From Salpingoeca rosetta (lineage: Eukaryota; Protista; Choanoflagellata): a stretch of 64,000 bases of DNA. Shown here piece after piece: positions 1-22,436 of the stretch. Location of the stretch: positions 219,765 to 283,764 of the forward strand of contig JAWQFM010000024.1 of NCBI GenBank assembly GCA_033442325.1, written 5' to 3'. Numbering within the stretch: the first letter of the stretch is position 1; the number at the start of each line of letters is the position of its first letter. Under the pieces are notes generated by a model. The model searched no databases. It was given only the letters and a program-made list of their open reading frames with translations, and was not told the DNA's origin. The position numbers were made by a program, and so were the translations under genes.

Positions 1-572
<572 letters not shown>

Positions 573-661
573 CCAACCCGAACAAAACTGGCTGCAGCAC
601 GGGTTGTTTTGGTTTGTCGAGCACAACTTCCCACCACAGCACCAACACGCCACCCACGACC

Positions 662-2077
662 ATGACGATGATGATGCGTGCTGGCTCGAGCGGGTGCAGC
701 CGCGTCCGCAGCCGCAGCCGCACACCGACGGCGTCGACGATGTTCTCTCTGCGGCGCAGCTTGTACACGCTGCTGGTGGTTGTGTTGTTGGGGGTGTCGC
801 TTTTGGGCCAGAACGCACACGCACAGGTGACTGGCGATGACGATGGTGTTGAGCCGCCACCAGAATGCGACGATCTGACGGTCAAGGAGGCGGTGCGCGT
901 CGGCGCCTGGGTTGGTGCAGCGATCGGCGCTGGCTTCTTCGCCGCGTTCCTCTTGGCCGCCGTTTTGTTCACGTGCCCCTGCTCTGGGCCTTTCCTCGAG
1001 TTCACCTGCACCTTGGTTGGCTGCGAGTGCTGCCCGACGTCGTGCTGCGCCGATGCCAGTGACTCGAGCCGCAGCGGTGACCACCACGCACTGCCCACTG
1101 CGCCCAACGAGCTCGGTGGCGACGGCACTTATCCCGACGGGTCAAGCCACAAGGCAAGCGTGTCGTCGCAGCCCAATGGCCGCGCCCTCAGCACGTCGCT
1201 GCTGCACGCGTCCTACATTGATCCCGAGGCAGACAGCGTGGTGCTGGTGGAACCGCCCGGTGCGGAGGACGACGGCAGCGCCGGCGAGTTTGGTGCCTTT
1301 CTCACCCTCGTCGAGTTCCTCGACGCCATCCCGGAGTCGATGGTGCTGGCAGAGGCCGTGGCGCGCGGCCAGATCCAGTTTGCGCTCATCGTCTCCATTG
1401 TCGTGCTCAACTTCTCCACGGGGTTTGCCATGTTCTCGGACCTGATCCGCTCCAACACGTCAAACATCCACGGCGACAACCGCGTGTACCAGCTGCTCTT
1501 CGTGTCCGCCACGCTTGCCGCAGGCATGCTCGTCTTCTCCGTGAGCGACGAGGTGTACACCAACTTCACGGAGCACGAGGGCGACCAGCGGTTCCTCAGT
1601 CTCGGCCTCTTGATTGCCGGCACCATCGTCGGCGCTGCCTTGGTGCTGGGCCTGATGTGGCTCAGCTCAGCACAGGCTGCGGCAACGCTCAAGGACAAGC
1701 TGTGGCAGTTCTTTGCCTGCTGCTCCGTCACCGCCCTCACGTCCGGCAGCAGCTGGATCACGATTGTTCGCGAGGGGCGGGTGGTGAAGTCGCTGCTGCT
1801 GGTGATCGCCCTCACCGTCTGGCTCATCATCCTCACCACCATTGGCGTGCTCATCTTTCGTCGAAACTCCGTGGAAAAGGACTTTATCGAGGGGTTCTCC
1901 GGGGGAGCGTTCATCATCACCATTGGTGGCACCCTGTTGCCGGAGGCGCAACACGCCGCCCACAAGACACACTGGTCGTCCACGCAGAAACAGATTATCG
2001 CCGCGTCCTCCTTCCTCGTGGGTCTTATTCTCGCAGTCATTCTGAAGCTTCTGGAGGACGAGGAGCCAGACTGCTAG
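662..2077 (+). CDS. Intronless ZIP/ZupT(GufA)-family divalent metal transporter with N-terminal signal/TM extension
   Basis: Single long ORF with many hydrophobic segments. EFLDAIPESMVLA resembles ZIP TM4 (LHNxPEG/LDGIPES), IVVLNFSTGF is TM5-like, and GFSGGAFIITIGGTLLPEA matches the ZIP C-terminal AFAAGAxxxxxxxELxPEA pattern. An alternative start at ATG 740 gives a signal peptide (MFSLRRSLYTLLVVVLLGVSLLGQNAHA). Confidence 0.75.
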   Translation: MTMMMRAGSSGCSRVRSRSRTPTASTMFSLRRSLYTLLVVVLLGVSLLGQNAHAQVTGDDDGVEPPPECDDLTVKEAVRVGAWVGAAIGAGFFAAFLLAAVLFTCPCSGPFLEFTCTLVGCECCPTSCCADASDSSRSGDHHALPTAPNELGGDGTYPDGSSHKASVSSQPNGRALSTSLLHASYIDPEADSVVLVEPPGAEDDGSAGEFGAFLTLVEFLDAIPESMVLAEAVARGQIQFALIVSIVVLNFSTGFAMFSDLIRSNTSNIHGDNRVYQLLFVSATLAAGMLVFSVSDEVYTNFTEHEGDQRFLSLGLLIAGTIVGAALVLGLMWLSSAQAAATLKDKLWQFFACCSVTALTSGSSWITIVREGRVVKSLLLVIALTVWLIILTTIGVLIFRRNSVEKDFIEGFSGGAFIITIGGTLLPEAQHAAHKTHWSSTQKQIIAASSFLVGLILAVILKLLEDEEPDC

Positions 2078-2165
2078 CTGCCTGCCATTACCGTCACCCG
2101 TGAAGCACCGCTTGCTGTTTGATCTGATATATCGATACGTGGACGCTGTTGACATGTGATGTGCA

Positions 2166-2214
<49 letters not shown>

Positions 2215-2259
2215 ATTTGTGTGTGTGTGTGTGCATTTGCGCGCTCGTGTGTGTGTGCA

Positions 2260-2308
<49 letters not shown>

Positions 2309-2652
2309 ATTTGCGCGCGCGTGTGTGTGCATTTGTGTCCAAGCACACCAGCCTTGCCCCCTCCCTCTGTGCGCTTCGTGTGTGTATGCACTTCTTCCTT
2401 TCATGACCTCCGTTATCATGTCTTCTCATTGCCCGCGTTACAACCCATGCTGTTGTTTCTCTGCTTCTCGCCCAGCCATTGACGGCGGGCATTGCGCACT
2501 TCTGTTCATTGCACGAATTACAATCTGACTGAAATGCAACTGTTGACACTCGCACCGATTGCACACGCAAACATCACTCCTCGCTCCCAAACGTTCAATA
2601 CGATGACACAATTCGTCTCCCCCCCCCCACGCACGCAATGAAACCTCGCCGC

Positions 2653-3632
2653 CTAATCTTTCTTCACACCGTCATCCTTGTCACTATCACCATCATCACC
2701 ATCATCACCGTCGTCGTTGTCATCGTCACCATCACCACCATTGCGGCGCGTGCACGCTGCGTCGAGGTGCACATTGATCATTGCCCGCAGTTTCCGCAGG
2801 TAAAAGTCGCGGTAGTCGCCCTCCATCGCCTCCATCGCCTTCAGCGCCGCGTCCACCTTCGCCATTGCTCGACACGCCTCAGGCAGGTCCTGCCGTCAGC
2901 AAGAGCGGGAAGCGTGGTGGTGATGTGATGTGATTTGACATGGTGTGGTGTGAGCGTCAGACGCACGTGGGTGCACACGCAGGAGTGTGGATGGTCATAC
3001 AAACAACGCAGTGCCAGCAGACAAACACAACACCATGTTCCAGCACTGCAACCAACTTACACAGCCACGATTCCCCCAAAACGATGTACATTCAACCACC
3101 CCCACCACCACTACCTCCGCACCTTGTTGCCGTAAAGGTCTTTGCGCTGGTAGCGCTCTGCCGGGAGATGGCGGAAAAACGCGTTGATGGACACACACGG
3201 CGTCAGCGCACGCACGTTGTGGAACCACATGGCTGTGCGCATGTTAAGTGGATGTGGGTGGGGATGGAGCGCAAGCAGTGCCACATGTGAGCGAGTGGAT
3301 GAGGACACGCCCAGCAACGCGTGGTGTGATGTGAAGTGAATACCAACGCATGCACACGTGAAAAAACAAAAACAAAAAGCAAGAAAAAGAAAACACAAAA
3401 CACCAAACACAGGCCAGATTACCAGCACCACAATCACGACCACGACCACCATCGTCATAACCATCGGCGTCACCTGGCATGAAGAGGGCGTCGCCCGGCT
3501 CAAGGACGACTTCAATGGCATGATGCAATGCAGTGCGGAATCGGGGAAAGGCGGAATAGTCCGGACACTCCACATCAACAACAGCAGAGGTGGACCCCTG
3601 CACATACAGGTTGTCAACCTGTCGTGCGTGTG

Positions 3633-3665
<33 letters not shown>

Positions 3666-4074
3666 GCATGGGAGGAAGGAGGCAGGGACGATGGATAAAC
3701 ACTGCGTTTGCTGGCGATGGGCACGCATGTACGCATAGACAAATAAACAAGCAGATAAGCAAGCACGCACGCACGCAAGCACGCAAGCAAGCAAACAAGC
3801 AAAAGAGCAAGCAAGCAAACAAACAAACAAGCAAACACATACGCACCTGCGACGGAGGAAAGAGGAGAACGCGTTTCCTGCCGACAATGTTGAACAGCAC
3901 ATTGTCCATGATGTCGTAATGCGTCCACAGCTGAACACCGGCTGAGCTCAAGCGCAACGCGGTGCTAAACTTCGCGTCACCCAGGATCTGCAATCACAGG
4001 GGCAGGCGCCATGGGATCGAGGGTGGTGGTGATGAGGACGGCGGATGTGTTGGGACTGCAAGTGTCTCAAATCC

Positions 4075-4130
<56 letters not shown>

Positions 4131-4709
4131 CCTCTGGAGGAAAGCATGGTGGGAGTTCAAACTGTTGGAAGAGCTGCGGATGTGTCACTGAAATGTCGGC
4201 CACGTCTTTGCGGAAGTTTTTGCCCATAGACCGAAGATACAGCAGCCTGGTCACCGGCGGAGACGCGCGTGTGGGCGGTGTGTGTGTGTGTGTGTGCGTG
4301 TGTGTGCGTGCGTGTGAACGTGTGACCGTGAGAAGCAACAAAGGGCGATGCACAAAGAAGATTCTCATCAACTGAATGCATACTCTCCGTTCATATCGTA
4401 CACACGTGCAATCTAGACACACGCATCACTCACACAAGCAGCAGCAACAACGACAACCCACTCTTTTGGCTTCGACGGCGATGATGAGGATGAAGAAGAG
4501 TTGAAGACGCGCTGGATCAGATCAGGCATCGACATCACCTCAAACCTGACACGGGCGCACGGGTAGAAACAACGAAATGGTAGCAATATGTGTGTGTGTG
4601 CGTGTGTTAGGATGTATGGGGGTTGATAAGCAGTCCGGAACGCACACAGTTGCACTCGCAGCCATGGACGTGTCAAACAAGCAAAATCAGAACACACACA
4701 GGCACACTC

Positions 4710-4769
<60 letters not shown>

Positions 4770-5835
4770 CTGAGACAGCAACAACAACAACTGAGACAGC
4801 AACAACAACGCATACATGCACGCCCACCTGAAGTTCCGGGTGAGAAAGTTGAGGTGCGAGTGTGTGGTGACGTGTGCTGATGCTTCCATACCGCCACATG
4901 CGGCAGCGAGCGCTTCAGGCGTCCACTCAGAGGCGGCGCCAAAGGTGCAGGTGGGGAAGAGGGCAGGGAGGCGCCGGCCGACAATGCCGCGTTTGAATTG
5001 CGCGGCACTTACGCGCAGGGGATCGAAGCCTTGAGCATGAATTGAAGGGTTGGACGTGGGCAGGAGGGAAGGGTGGCGGTGTTGGAGAGAGACAGGGGGG
5101 GGGGGAGGAGACATCACATGCGTGATGTTAGCAAGCACCGCACTCGGCGAAACCTCAACACCTTGCACGACAGACAAACACACGCGCCAAACGCACGCAC
5201 AGACACGAACACAGACAAACAGACACACAGACACACAGACACACACACACACACACACTCTCTCTCTCTCTCTTTCTCTCTCTCTCCCTCTCAGACCTTG
5301 GACAAAGTGGCGCGATGGGTGGAAAGACGAAGGACTGGTGGAGAAGATGTCCGAGAGGCGGAACCGCAAAACGCGGCGATCAAAATGCGTTCCAAACGAG
5401 AAGCAGTTACCCCCGCCCATCACAATGACCAGCTCGCCATCAGCCGTGCAGTGCAGCGTGTGGTTGAGCATCAAGCTCTGCTGGTACCACCACGCATGCT
5501 GCTGCTGCTGCTGTTGAGATGATGGCGGCGATGATGGTGGCGACAGCGACATCGGTGCACTGGTGATGATAGCCGGTGCTGTGTACTGCCATGTCCGGGC
5601 TGAGGGGCGGATGATCAGGATGCGCTCGTGGGGTTTGAGCGGCGCTGGTCCGCACCCGCCCGCGACGACGATGCATTGCCAAGCCGCACACCACGCCATC
5701 TTGGGTGGTGGAGACAGGTGGAGGTGTTCGAAGGGGAAGGGGGTGTGAGTGTGAGCTTGGATGGAGCAACAACAGCAACACCAAACGATAATATGTGTGT
5801 TTGATTCTGCGACCACCCCCCCCCCCAACACACGG

Positions 5836-5908
<73 letters not shown>

Positions 5909-7229
5909 CACACACACGGAACACACACACACACACACACACACGCACGCACGCACGCACACACGCACGCACGCACACACACACACACGGAACACAAAAG
6001 CGCATGCCACCTTGTGACCGAATCTGGGCGGTAGCGGCGGGTCAAACTCGATTTCCTCGCTGGTGATCTTCAATGGCGACGCGTCACCAACAGCACCATC
6101 ATTATCATCATCGTCATCATCAGTTACGATGGTTGTGGTCAAGAAAACAAACGAGCTGAGGGCAGTCTCCTTTGCATCTGCTTGTGGTCGAGTCGAAGGC
6201 AGTTATGTGGTGGGTGGCGAATGTGATGAGAGAAGACCAATACGCGGACAGCCCGAGACAACACGCAACAGCAATGTACACACAGGCACACACACACACA
6301 CAGACACACACACACACGTACACACGCACATACACACACATATACGCACCGAGGCCACCGTACACGGCGACAGCGCTGCTGCCGGCATTGCTCTCGATCG
6401 TGCACGCGGCATGGGCAAACCGGTTCACGTGCTGGACGTCGTGCCGCCGCCACACAAACCCGCCCACGTCCTCCACTGATCCTGTCGCAGTGGCAGTTGC
6501 GCTGGTGCCGGGCACGGGCGGTGCTTCTCGCTGCTGCTGCTGCTGCTGCTGCTTGGTTGACTTGGGTGTCGCACAGCTGTCGTGTTCATCGCCACCAGCA
6601 TTCCCACCACTGCCACCGCCACTGCTGAGGTGCGCCGGGTCCAGATGCGGCACAAGCAACTCGTACACGTCGTGCAGAACACCGTCCGCAGTCCGCCCGC
6701 CGAGAACAAGCAGGCGATGCGGTGCCACGCTCACCATGGCATGACGCCACACGGGTGGCGGCGATGATGATGATGATGGCGATGATGATGGTGACACACG
6801 ACCGGGCAGCCACACGAGCGATGACGGCGAGGAAGGCGATGGGATGCGTGCAATGTGGATGTCATTGAGCGGGCGAACGGGGGAGGAGCGACCGCCAAAG
6901 AGGACGAGGTGCGACGCGTTGCAGACGCACATCTGCGCATGCACGCGCGCGGGCGGTGTGACGCCACTACACGACGAAGAAGAAGAAGAAGACGACGAAG
7001 AAGACGATGACGATGGTGATGAGAGGGGCGTGACGGTGTGGCCTTGGATGACCGCTGTTGTGTTGAGGCGGCGGTGGGCGCAGTTGCCGATGCTGTTGGA
7101 AGATGATGGCGACAGCGGTGATGAGCCAACGGTGGAAGTCACACAACGAAGTCGCAAGTCGTTCACACAGACACACACACACACGAACACACAGACACAC
7201 ACAGACACACAGGCACACAGATACACAGG

Positions 7230-7260
<31 letters not shown>

Positions 7261-8187
7261 GCGCGCGCGAGCACACACACACACACACACACACTCTCTC
7301 TCTCTCTCTCCCTGCCATTGGCGCGTGTGCTGACCCGCCAAAGACGAAGATGGTGCCCGCGTGTTCGGCGCTGCAGTGCGAATAGCGCGAGGTGTCATCT
7401 GCCGGGACAGGCAGCGCAGGTGGCGGCGATGGTGGTGATGATGATGGTGGTGCTGGTGGCGGTGTAGTGATGGTGATTGGGCAGCGGGTGACGTATGATG
7501 GCTCAAGTGGTGGTCCATTCAAGTGCTCAGTGCAGAACGCCTATGTTTGGGATGCACATGTGTGACGGGGCGAGAAGAAGGCGCGAATGTTGGCCGCACG
7601 CATGCACACGCGTGAACTTGCATTGAAACACAAGACGTGCACAGGAAACACGAAAGAGATGCATACACATATGTATACAGCATGTGACACGCACACATAC
7701 AGACACAGACACAGAGACACACGGACACAGAGAGACGCAAACACACTGACACGCACATCAACGCATGAACACACTGACACGCACATTAACGCACAATCAT
7801 ACACACACCGCACGACCCACCCTTGGGATGTCTGCGAACGCGCCCTTGCCGGCGATGGAGATGGTATAGTGATGTGCCTTCTCGTGCCACTCCTCAAATT
7901 CGTCAAACGGCTCAATGGCAGCAACACGCGCGCGCTCCGTGCTTGCAAGCATTGTGTTGTAGAATGCCCACATGGTTGGGGCGACGGCATGGGTCCACCC
8001 CAGCCTCTGCAGGCGTTCAACTTGTGCTGTCGGCGTTGGAAACGCGTTTACGCAGCGCAGTGGCGATCCTGATGATGGCGATGGAAGAATGAAGAACACA
8101 CAGACACGTGATGTAATGAAATGCCATGTGGTATGTGGTTTCCATGAGATTCGAATGCGCGGGTGGAAAAGCGAGGAGAACATTGCG

Positions 8188-8230
<43 letters not shown>

Positions 8231-8678
8231 TGCACATGCGCAATAGCGTGTGGGCTGACCGATATTTGAGAAGTGGCGCTGCATGACGGTGCCAAAGGCA
8301 TCGTGTGGAAACACCTGCTCATAGTCGGCAATGACGCTGTCCACAAAGAAGGATGCAGCCCACCGCAGCAGCTGATTCGAACACACGGTGCAGGCGGTAT
8401 TGGGGTTGGTGTGAGGACGTGGTGTTGTGTGCGTGTGTGTGCATGTGTGTGGGAGTGTGTGTGCGTGTGCGCGCATGTGTGTGAGTGTGTATGCGTGTGT
8501 GTGCGAAGGGAGGCTTGTCAGCACACGCTTGCATTGACCTTCAAGCAATGTAAAGGTCAACGGCCGCCACATTGACACAAACGCAGATACATACGAGAGA
8601 CACACAGACAAACACACAGACAAACACACAGACAAACACACAGACAAACACACAGACAAACACACACACACACACATA

Positions 8679-8739
<61 letters not shown>

Positions 8740-9990
8740 CGGGTCGCTGTGTTTTGGCGGGACATATGTGAGGACGCATTCCGAGACGATGACGCAGGGC
8801 ACATCGCGTTTGAGGCCGGCAGCCAGCAGCCGCTGCTCAACCAGATGCAGGTCTCGGAGATCAACACCGACCAGCCGGTACGACTGCAGCAGCAGGCCAT
8901 TGCCCCACAGCTCTTCGGGTGTCAGTGCGGATGCAAGTGGTGCCGTTGTCGTGGCGGCCTTCACATTGCCCTCTGCTGCTGACGGCTGCGTTTGCTGGCC
9001 TGCACCTTTACCATTTCCAGCGGTAGCATGGGCAGCATAAGCCGCTTTCTTTGCCTTGTGACGCTGTAGAGTGTGGCGGAGTGCTGCTGTGGCGTCGTCG
9101 CCTGGCATGTATGGCTCATGGTCGGGGCTGACGTCCTTCAAGTGGTCTGTCATCTCCAACAGCAGCATCTTGTTCCTGACAACGTCAGGCAGGTCAACCT
9201 CAAAGTACGTGGTGCCTGGCGGCAGCTGGCCCTGTGCACGCAGCCGGAAGTATGCCATATCAAAGCCAGCGCCAAGCGCTAGGATTTGCAGCGGCCGTTC
9301 ACGGTTGTGCTTTGCCAGCGCGAAACTCAGAAACGTGTCCAGCGCCTTGGCTCTGATGTGCGCGCGAAAGTTGGGCGGGGAGGAGGAAATGGGAGTGTGA
9401 GGCAGGTGGTAACGGGTGGCAGGTGGAATGTGTAAGTTGTGTTGCGGCGCAGGCGAGGCGACTGTCCGCAATGATCGGGCGCACGCATCAGAGGATGCAC
9501 CATAAGACGCGTCACAGGGCGCACCGGAGGGCGCAAACTCTCGCACACCACGTACAGCACACACGATCGCACACAGTAGACAGCGCACGCATGTGCATGC
9601 TTGGTACCTGATGTAGTAGCCACGGTTGATGATGGGCGCACGGCGAGCTGGCTTCTTCACAAGGGAGAGAAGCTGTGGGTCCTCCACATACCCAAGCGCA
9701 GCGGTGCTGCACTTTGACTGGAATGCCGCATCATTCGTGCCTTCAACCTGTGTGCATGCACGAGCGAGCATGAGCATGAGCAGGGGCAAAGTGGAAGACA
9801 GAGGGACGGAATGAGCGAGGGAAGAGAGAGAGAGTGTGTGTGTGTGTGTGACAGAAAGAGTTCAACACACACGACACTCATCACTCAACACACGACACAT
9901 CACATCACATCACTCAACACAACCCACAACACAACCCCCACAACTCACGGCACGTGTGTTCCTGCCAGTCTTCTGCTTGTTGCCACCCAT
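2653..9990 (-). CDS. TYW4: tRNA wybutosine-synthesising TYW4/LCMT2 (leucine carboxyl methyltransferase + Kelch) fused to a TYW5-type JmjC hydroxylase; multi-exon
   Basis: Exon 1 [14 protein letters not shown] (ATG 9990), then [12 protein letters not shown]...[49 protein letters not shown] and EPFDEFEEW (LCMT domain). Kelch motifs [16 protein letters not shown] and [12 protein letters not shown]. JmjC motifs [40 protein letters not shown] and YRDFY. Stop at 2653. Confidence 0.9.
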
Positions 9991-10070
9991 CGTCCCGTCT
10001 GCAGAATTAGGATGGAAATCATTCACAAATGTTCAACAACGGCTACAAAACAAGCCAGCCAGTGACAGAC

Positions 10071-18522
<8,452 letters not shown>

Positions 18523-19049
18523 TTGTCACGTACGCACTTGCACACATGCTCTCCCTTCATTGGTGATGTGCCCATGATGGCGATGACACTGTTGCTTCCG
18601 TCCCGACTGTGCAACCCGCACATGCACTGTTCACTCAGTTCATCCTTCTTTTGTTGGTGTTGTTTGTCATTTCTTGCCCGCGTTCATCACCGCTTCTTGT
18701 GTTTCGACAAGTGCCGTGCCAGATTCCACTTGCTTTGGTACTGCTCCTCACTTGTTCGTGCGTCGCTGTGTTTCATGTTACAGTCCATGCCACATTGCCC
18801 CACACCCAACATATCCACACCATTGGCTTCTTTCCCACGCTGCCACACTGCAGTTGCGTTTTCTTCTTCTGTGTTGTGAGAGCTGTTTGTCTGAAGGTTG
18901 AGGGTGCGGCTTTTCATTGTGTTGGACCCAAGCAAACAATACTGAAGCTGATCACAACCACAAACGGCAGCAGCACCGCACCAACTGCCGCCAATCACCC
19001 ACGGCAAGTGGACCGTTGAGGGAATGTACAAGGACAAGAGTATTGCACC

Positions 19050-19095
<46 letters not shown>

Positions 19096-19201
19096 GTGGA
19101 GGCGGCAGGTTGTCACTGTCACCATCATGACTACAGCAGCTGAGCGTGCCGTGCCACCCAAATTCGAAAACCACATCAAGTATCACTGCCTCTGCTAGCA
19201 T

Positions 19202-19919
19202 TCACGCCGTTGATTGTTGGTTCGCGTGCGCTGCTCGCAGCTGGGCCTGGAATTCCTTGTATTGCTCGTCTGTGACACCACTTGGGAGTGGCTGCCTCTG
19301 AAGTCGCGCCAGGTGGTTCTTTCCAATCACCTCATCCACAGCATACTGCAGCATATTGCGTGGGACAGAAGTCACCGCAAACACCTGCAGCGGCCAGTGT
19401 CAAGCAGAAAGAAACCCCGCAGAACACGCAGCATGGCAATGAGCATGTCAATTCAACACGCGCGTGTATGGTGTGTGTGTGCATGCGAATGTGTGCATGT
19501 GAGTGTGTGTGTGAGTGTGTATATGTGTGTGAGTGTACACGCGTGTGTGTGTGACGCGCACAAGTGAAAGAGGAACGCAAGTACGCTCACGTGCAACCGC
19601 ACACACACATGCACACATTCGCATGCACACACATGCACACATTCGCACGCACGCACGCACACACACACATTTGCATGCACACGGAGTCCGCACTGCGCAC
19701 CTCTTGGAGTGTGTTGTCGCGCTTGGCTCTGAGTCTGTATCCGTGCGTTGACTCCCCGACGACGCGAATGTCAAACTGACGCGCCACGCGTATCGACCGC
19801 TGCATGGGGTGCACAACCATCCTCGTCACAAGCGGAGGGTTTGCCTCACACAGCAGCCGCAGGGCATGGGCGACACCCTTCACATACGACGGCTTTTGGC
19901 ACACAATGCGAGACGCCAT
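19202..19919 (-). CDS. Small two-exon protein resembling DUF2103 (predicted metal-binding family)
   Basis: Exon 1 19919-19701 and exon 2 19384-19202 join in phase 0. The spliced segment FDIRVVGESTHGYRLRAKRDNTLQE|VFAVTS resembles, from memory, the DUF2103 pattern LRVSVPxxGGFKLIARxGxTVQEVFVVT. Confidence 0.55.
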
Positions 19920-20043
19920 GACTGCTGGTCTGTCTGTCTTGCTCTTCTCGTGCTGGTGTGATTGTAGAAATGTTGTTGGTGGTATTGTCAATTATCAGCA
20001 GATCGCGGAAGCGAGTGAACGAACACTGCTGGCTGGGTGGAGG

Positions 20044-20530
20044 ATGGAAGGTGGTGGAGCGAGGTTTCGCGGTGGCCGCAGTCATCGTGGTGACGATGGC
20101 GATGCCAGTGGCAGCAGTCGTAATAGCGTGGGAGAAGGAGTTAGAGGGAGGCTGGCGAGTGCTAGGGACAGCTTGAAGGAAGCAGAGTACACAATCAAGG
20201 TGCCACGCGGGTTTGCGGGGCGATGCCGTGAGATTGATGATTTCGAACGACTCGGCCGGCTTGGCGAGGGAACATACGGCATCGTTTGTACGTTATGGTA
20301 CAATGCATGACAGAGGGAGGGGGGACCTTGTGTGTGTACGTGTTTGTGTGTGCGTGTATGTGCATGTGTGTGCGTGCGTGTGCGTGCATGTACATGCGTG
20401 TGTGTGCGTGTGTGTGCAAGTACATGTGCATGTGTGTGATGGTCTGCTTGTCCAGTTGAGTGAGTTAACGGCATGTCCCCTCTCACTTGCACGCCCTCAA
20501 CCCAGGCACACACACACACACACACACACA

Positions 20531-20561
<31 letters not shown>

Positions 20562-22098
20562 GCTTTGCTGGCTGCAGACAAGGCCAAGGACATTGAAACA
20601 GGAGCCATTGTTGCTGTGAAGCGTATCAAGATGAAGGACGAGCGAGAAGGTGTGGTGTGTTCTGTATTTTGTGCTTGCAATGTGCGTGGCTGGATGCATT
20701 GCACATGGCGTCAGCATCACGTGCGTGTGCGTACACGTGTACTTCTTGTCGTTGTCTGACTTACCCTGCGTCTTGTCTCTGATCATCCCACACACACACA
20801 CACACACGCACGCACGCATACATTCGCTTTCACACGCACGCGCACATACATTCGCACACACACACACACACACGCACACACACACACACACACACGCGAA
20901 CACACACACGAACACACACACGCACGCACAAACACACACACACACGCACGCACGCGCACACACGCGCACACACGCGCACACACGCGCCGCCTCCCGCCTC
21001 CCTATGTGAGCAGGCATGCCGCAGACGAGCCTGCGGGAGGTGACGACGCTCAAGGCCATGGAGCACGAGAACGTGGTGCAGCTGCTAGACATTGCCGTGG
21101 GCGGCGCACACGACCAAGTGTATCTTATTTTCGAGTACTGCGAGCACGATCTTGCCTGGCTTGTCGACAACCTGCCTGCGCCCTTCCCGGAGACGGTGGC
21201 CAAGTCCCTCACGGTCCAGCTGCTGAAAGGCTTGCGCGCCCTGCACAGCATGTTCATCGTCCACCGCGACATTAAGCTCTCCAACTTGCTGCTGAACTCG
21301 CGCGGGTACCTGAAGATTGCCGACTTTGGGCTGGCGCGGCGCAGCGGCGACCCACCGCGTCCAAAGACAACCAACGTGGTCACGCTCTGGTACCGTGCCC
21401 CGGAACTGCTATTTGGGGACAAGGCGTACACAAGCAAGGTTGACTGCTGGTCCGCTGGCTGTGTCATGGGCGAGCTCCTGGCACACAAGCCCATTTTGCC
21501 GGGCAAGTCGGAGGTGTCGCAGCTGGACCTCATCATCCAGCTGCTGGGGACGCCAAACGAGGCAATATGGCCCGGGTTCTCGAGCCTGCCGCTTGCATCG
21601 CGGTTCCAGCTCACCGCGCAGCCCTATAGCAATCTCAAGGACGAGTTTCGCTTCATATCTGACCGCGGGATTGACCTGCTGCAGCGGCTGCTGACATACG
21701 ACCCGCACCAGCGCTGGTCGTGCGATCGTGCGCTCGGCCATGCCTACTTCCGCGAGTTCCCCTACCCGTGCACCCCGGATATGATGCCGACGTTTGCGGT
21801 GGACGGCCGAGGCGACGAGGAGGCCACGGAGGAGAGGGAGGAGGCATGGGAAGACAGGGGAACCGGCAAGCGGCCGCAGCAGCCGCGGCAGCACAGCCGT
21901 GGTGGCGGTGGCGGTGATGGTGGTCGTGATCGCGATCGTGGTCGTGATCGTGGTCGTGGTGATCGCGATCGTGATGGTGATGATGGTGGTGGTGGTGGTG
22001 GAGGGCGTGGCGATGATGGCAGGAGCAGGAGGCGACGAAGAAGCAGTCCCTCCCACGCACAGCGATCCACGCGCAGCAAGGGCGATCATCGACGATGA
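20044..22098 (+). CDS. CDK10: Cyclin-dependent kinase, CDK10/CDK11 class (closest to CDK10), with an RD/RS-rich C-terminal tail
   Basis: [38 protein letters not shown] helix, [33 protein letters not shown] and [10 protein letters not shown]. Three exons at about 20044-20287, 20578-20650 and 21014-22098. Confidence 0.88.
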
Positions 22099-22436
22099 CG
22101 TGAGACGATGAAGCGAGGTCTGCGTGCGTGTGTGAGTGTCTGATTGCGTGTGCGTGTGTGTGCTTGCAGGATGTGGCATGTTGTGAACAGAGTGAAAACC
22201 GTTACAAAGTAGCATCGTATTGTGTACACGAGAGCCACTTGAATGAGTGGAGACAGTTGAGACAGTGGAGCGAGAGGAACACAGCCACACACAGCAACCA
22301 ACACACGCACAGCAACCAACACAAACCCGCACACTTCCCCCCTCCAATCCAAACAAAACCCGCGAGCATTTGATGGAAAATGTTGCTATTTTTCCCAGGA
22401 CCCACTGCTCCAAAACCACGACGCAACGAACCCAAT

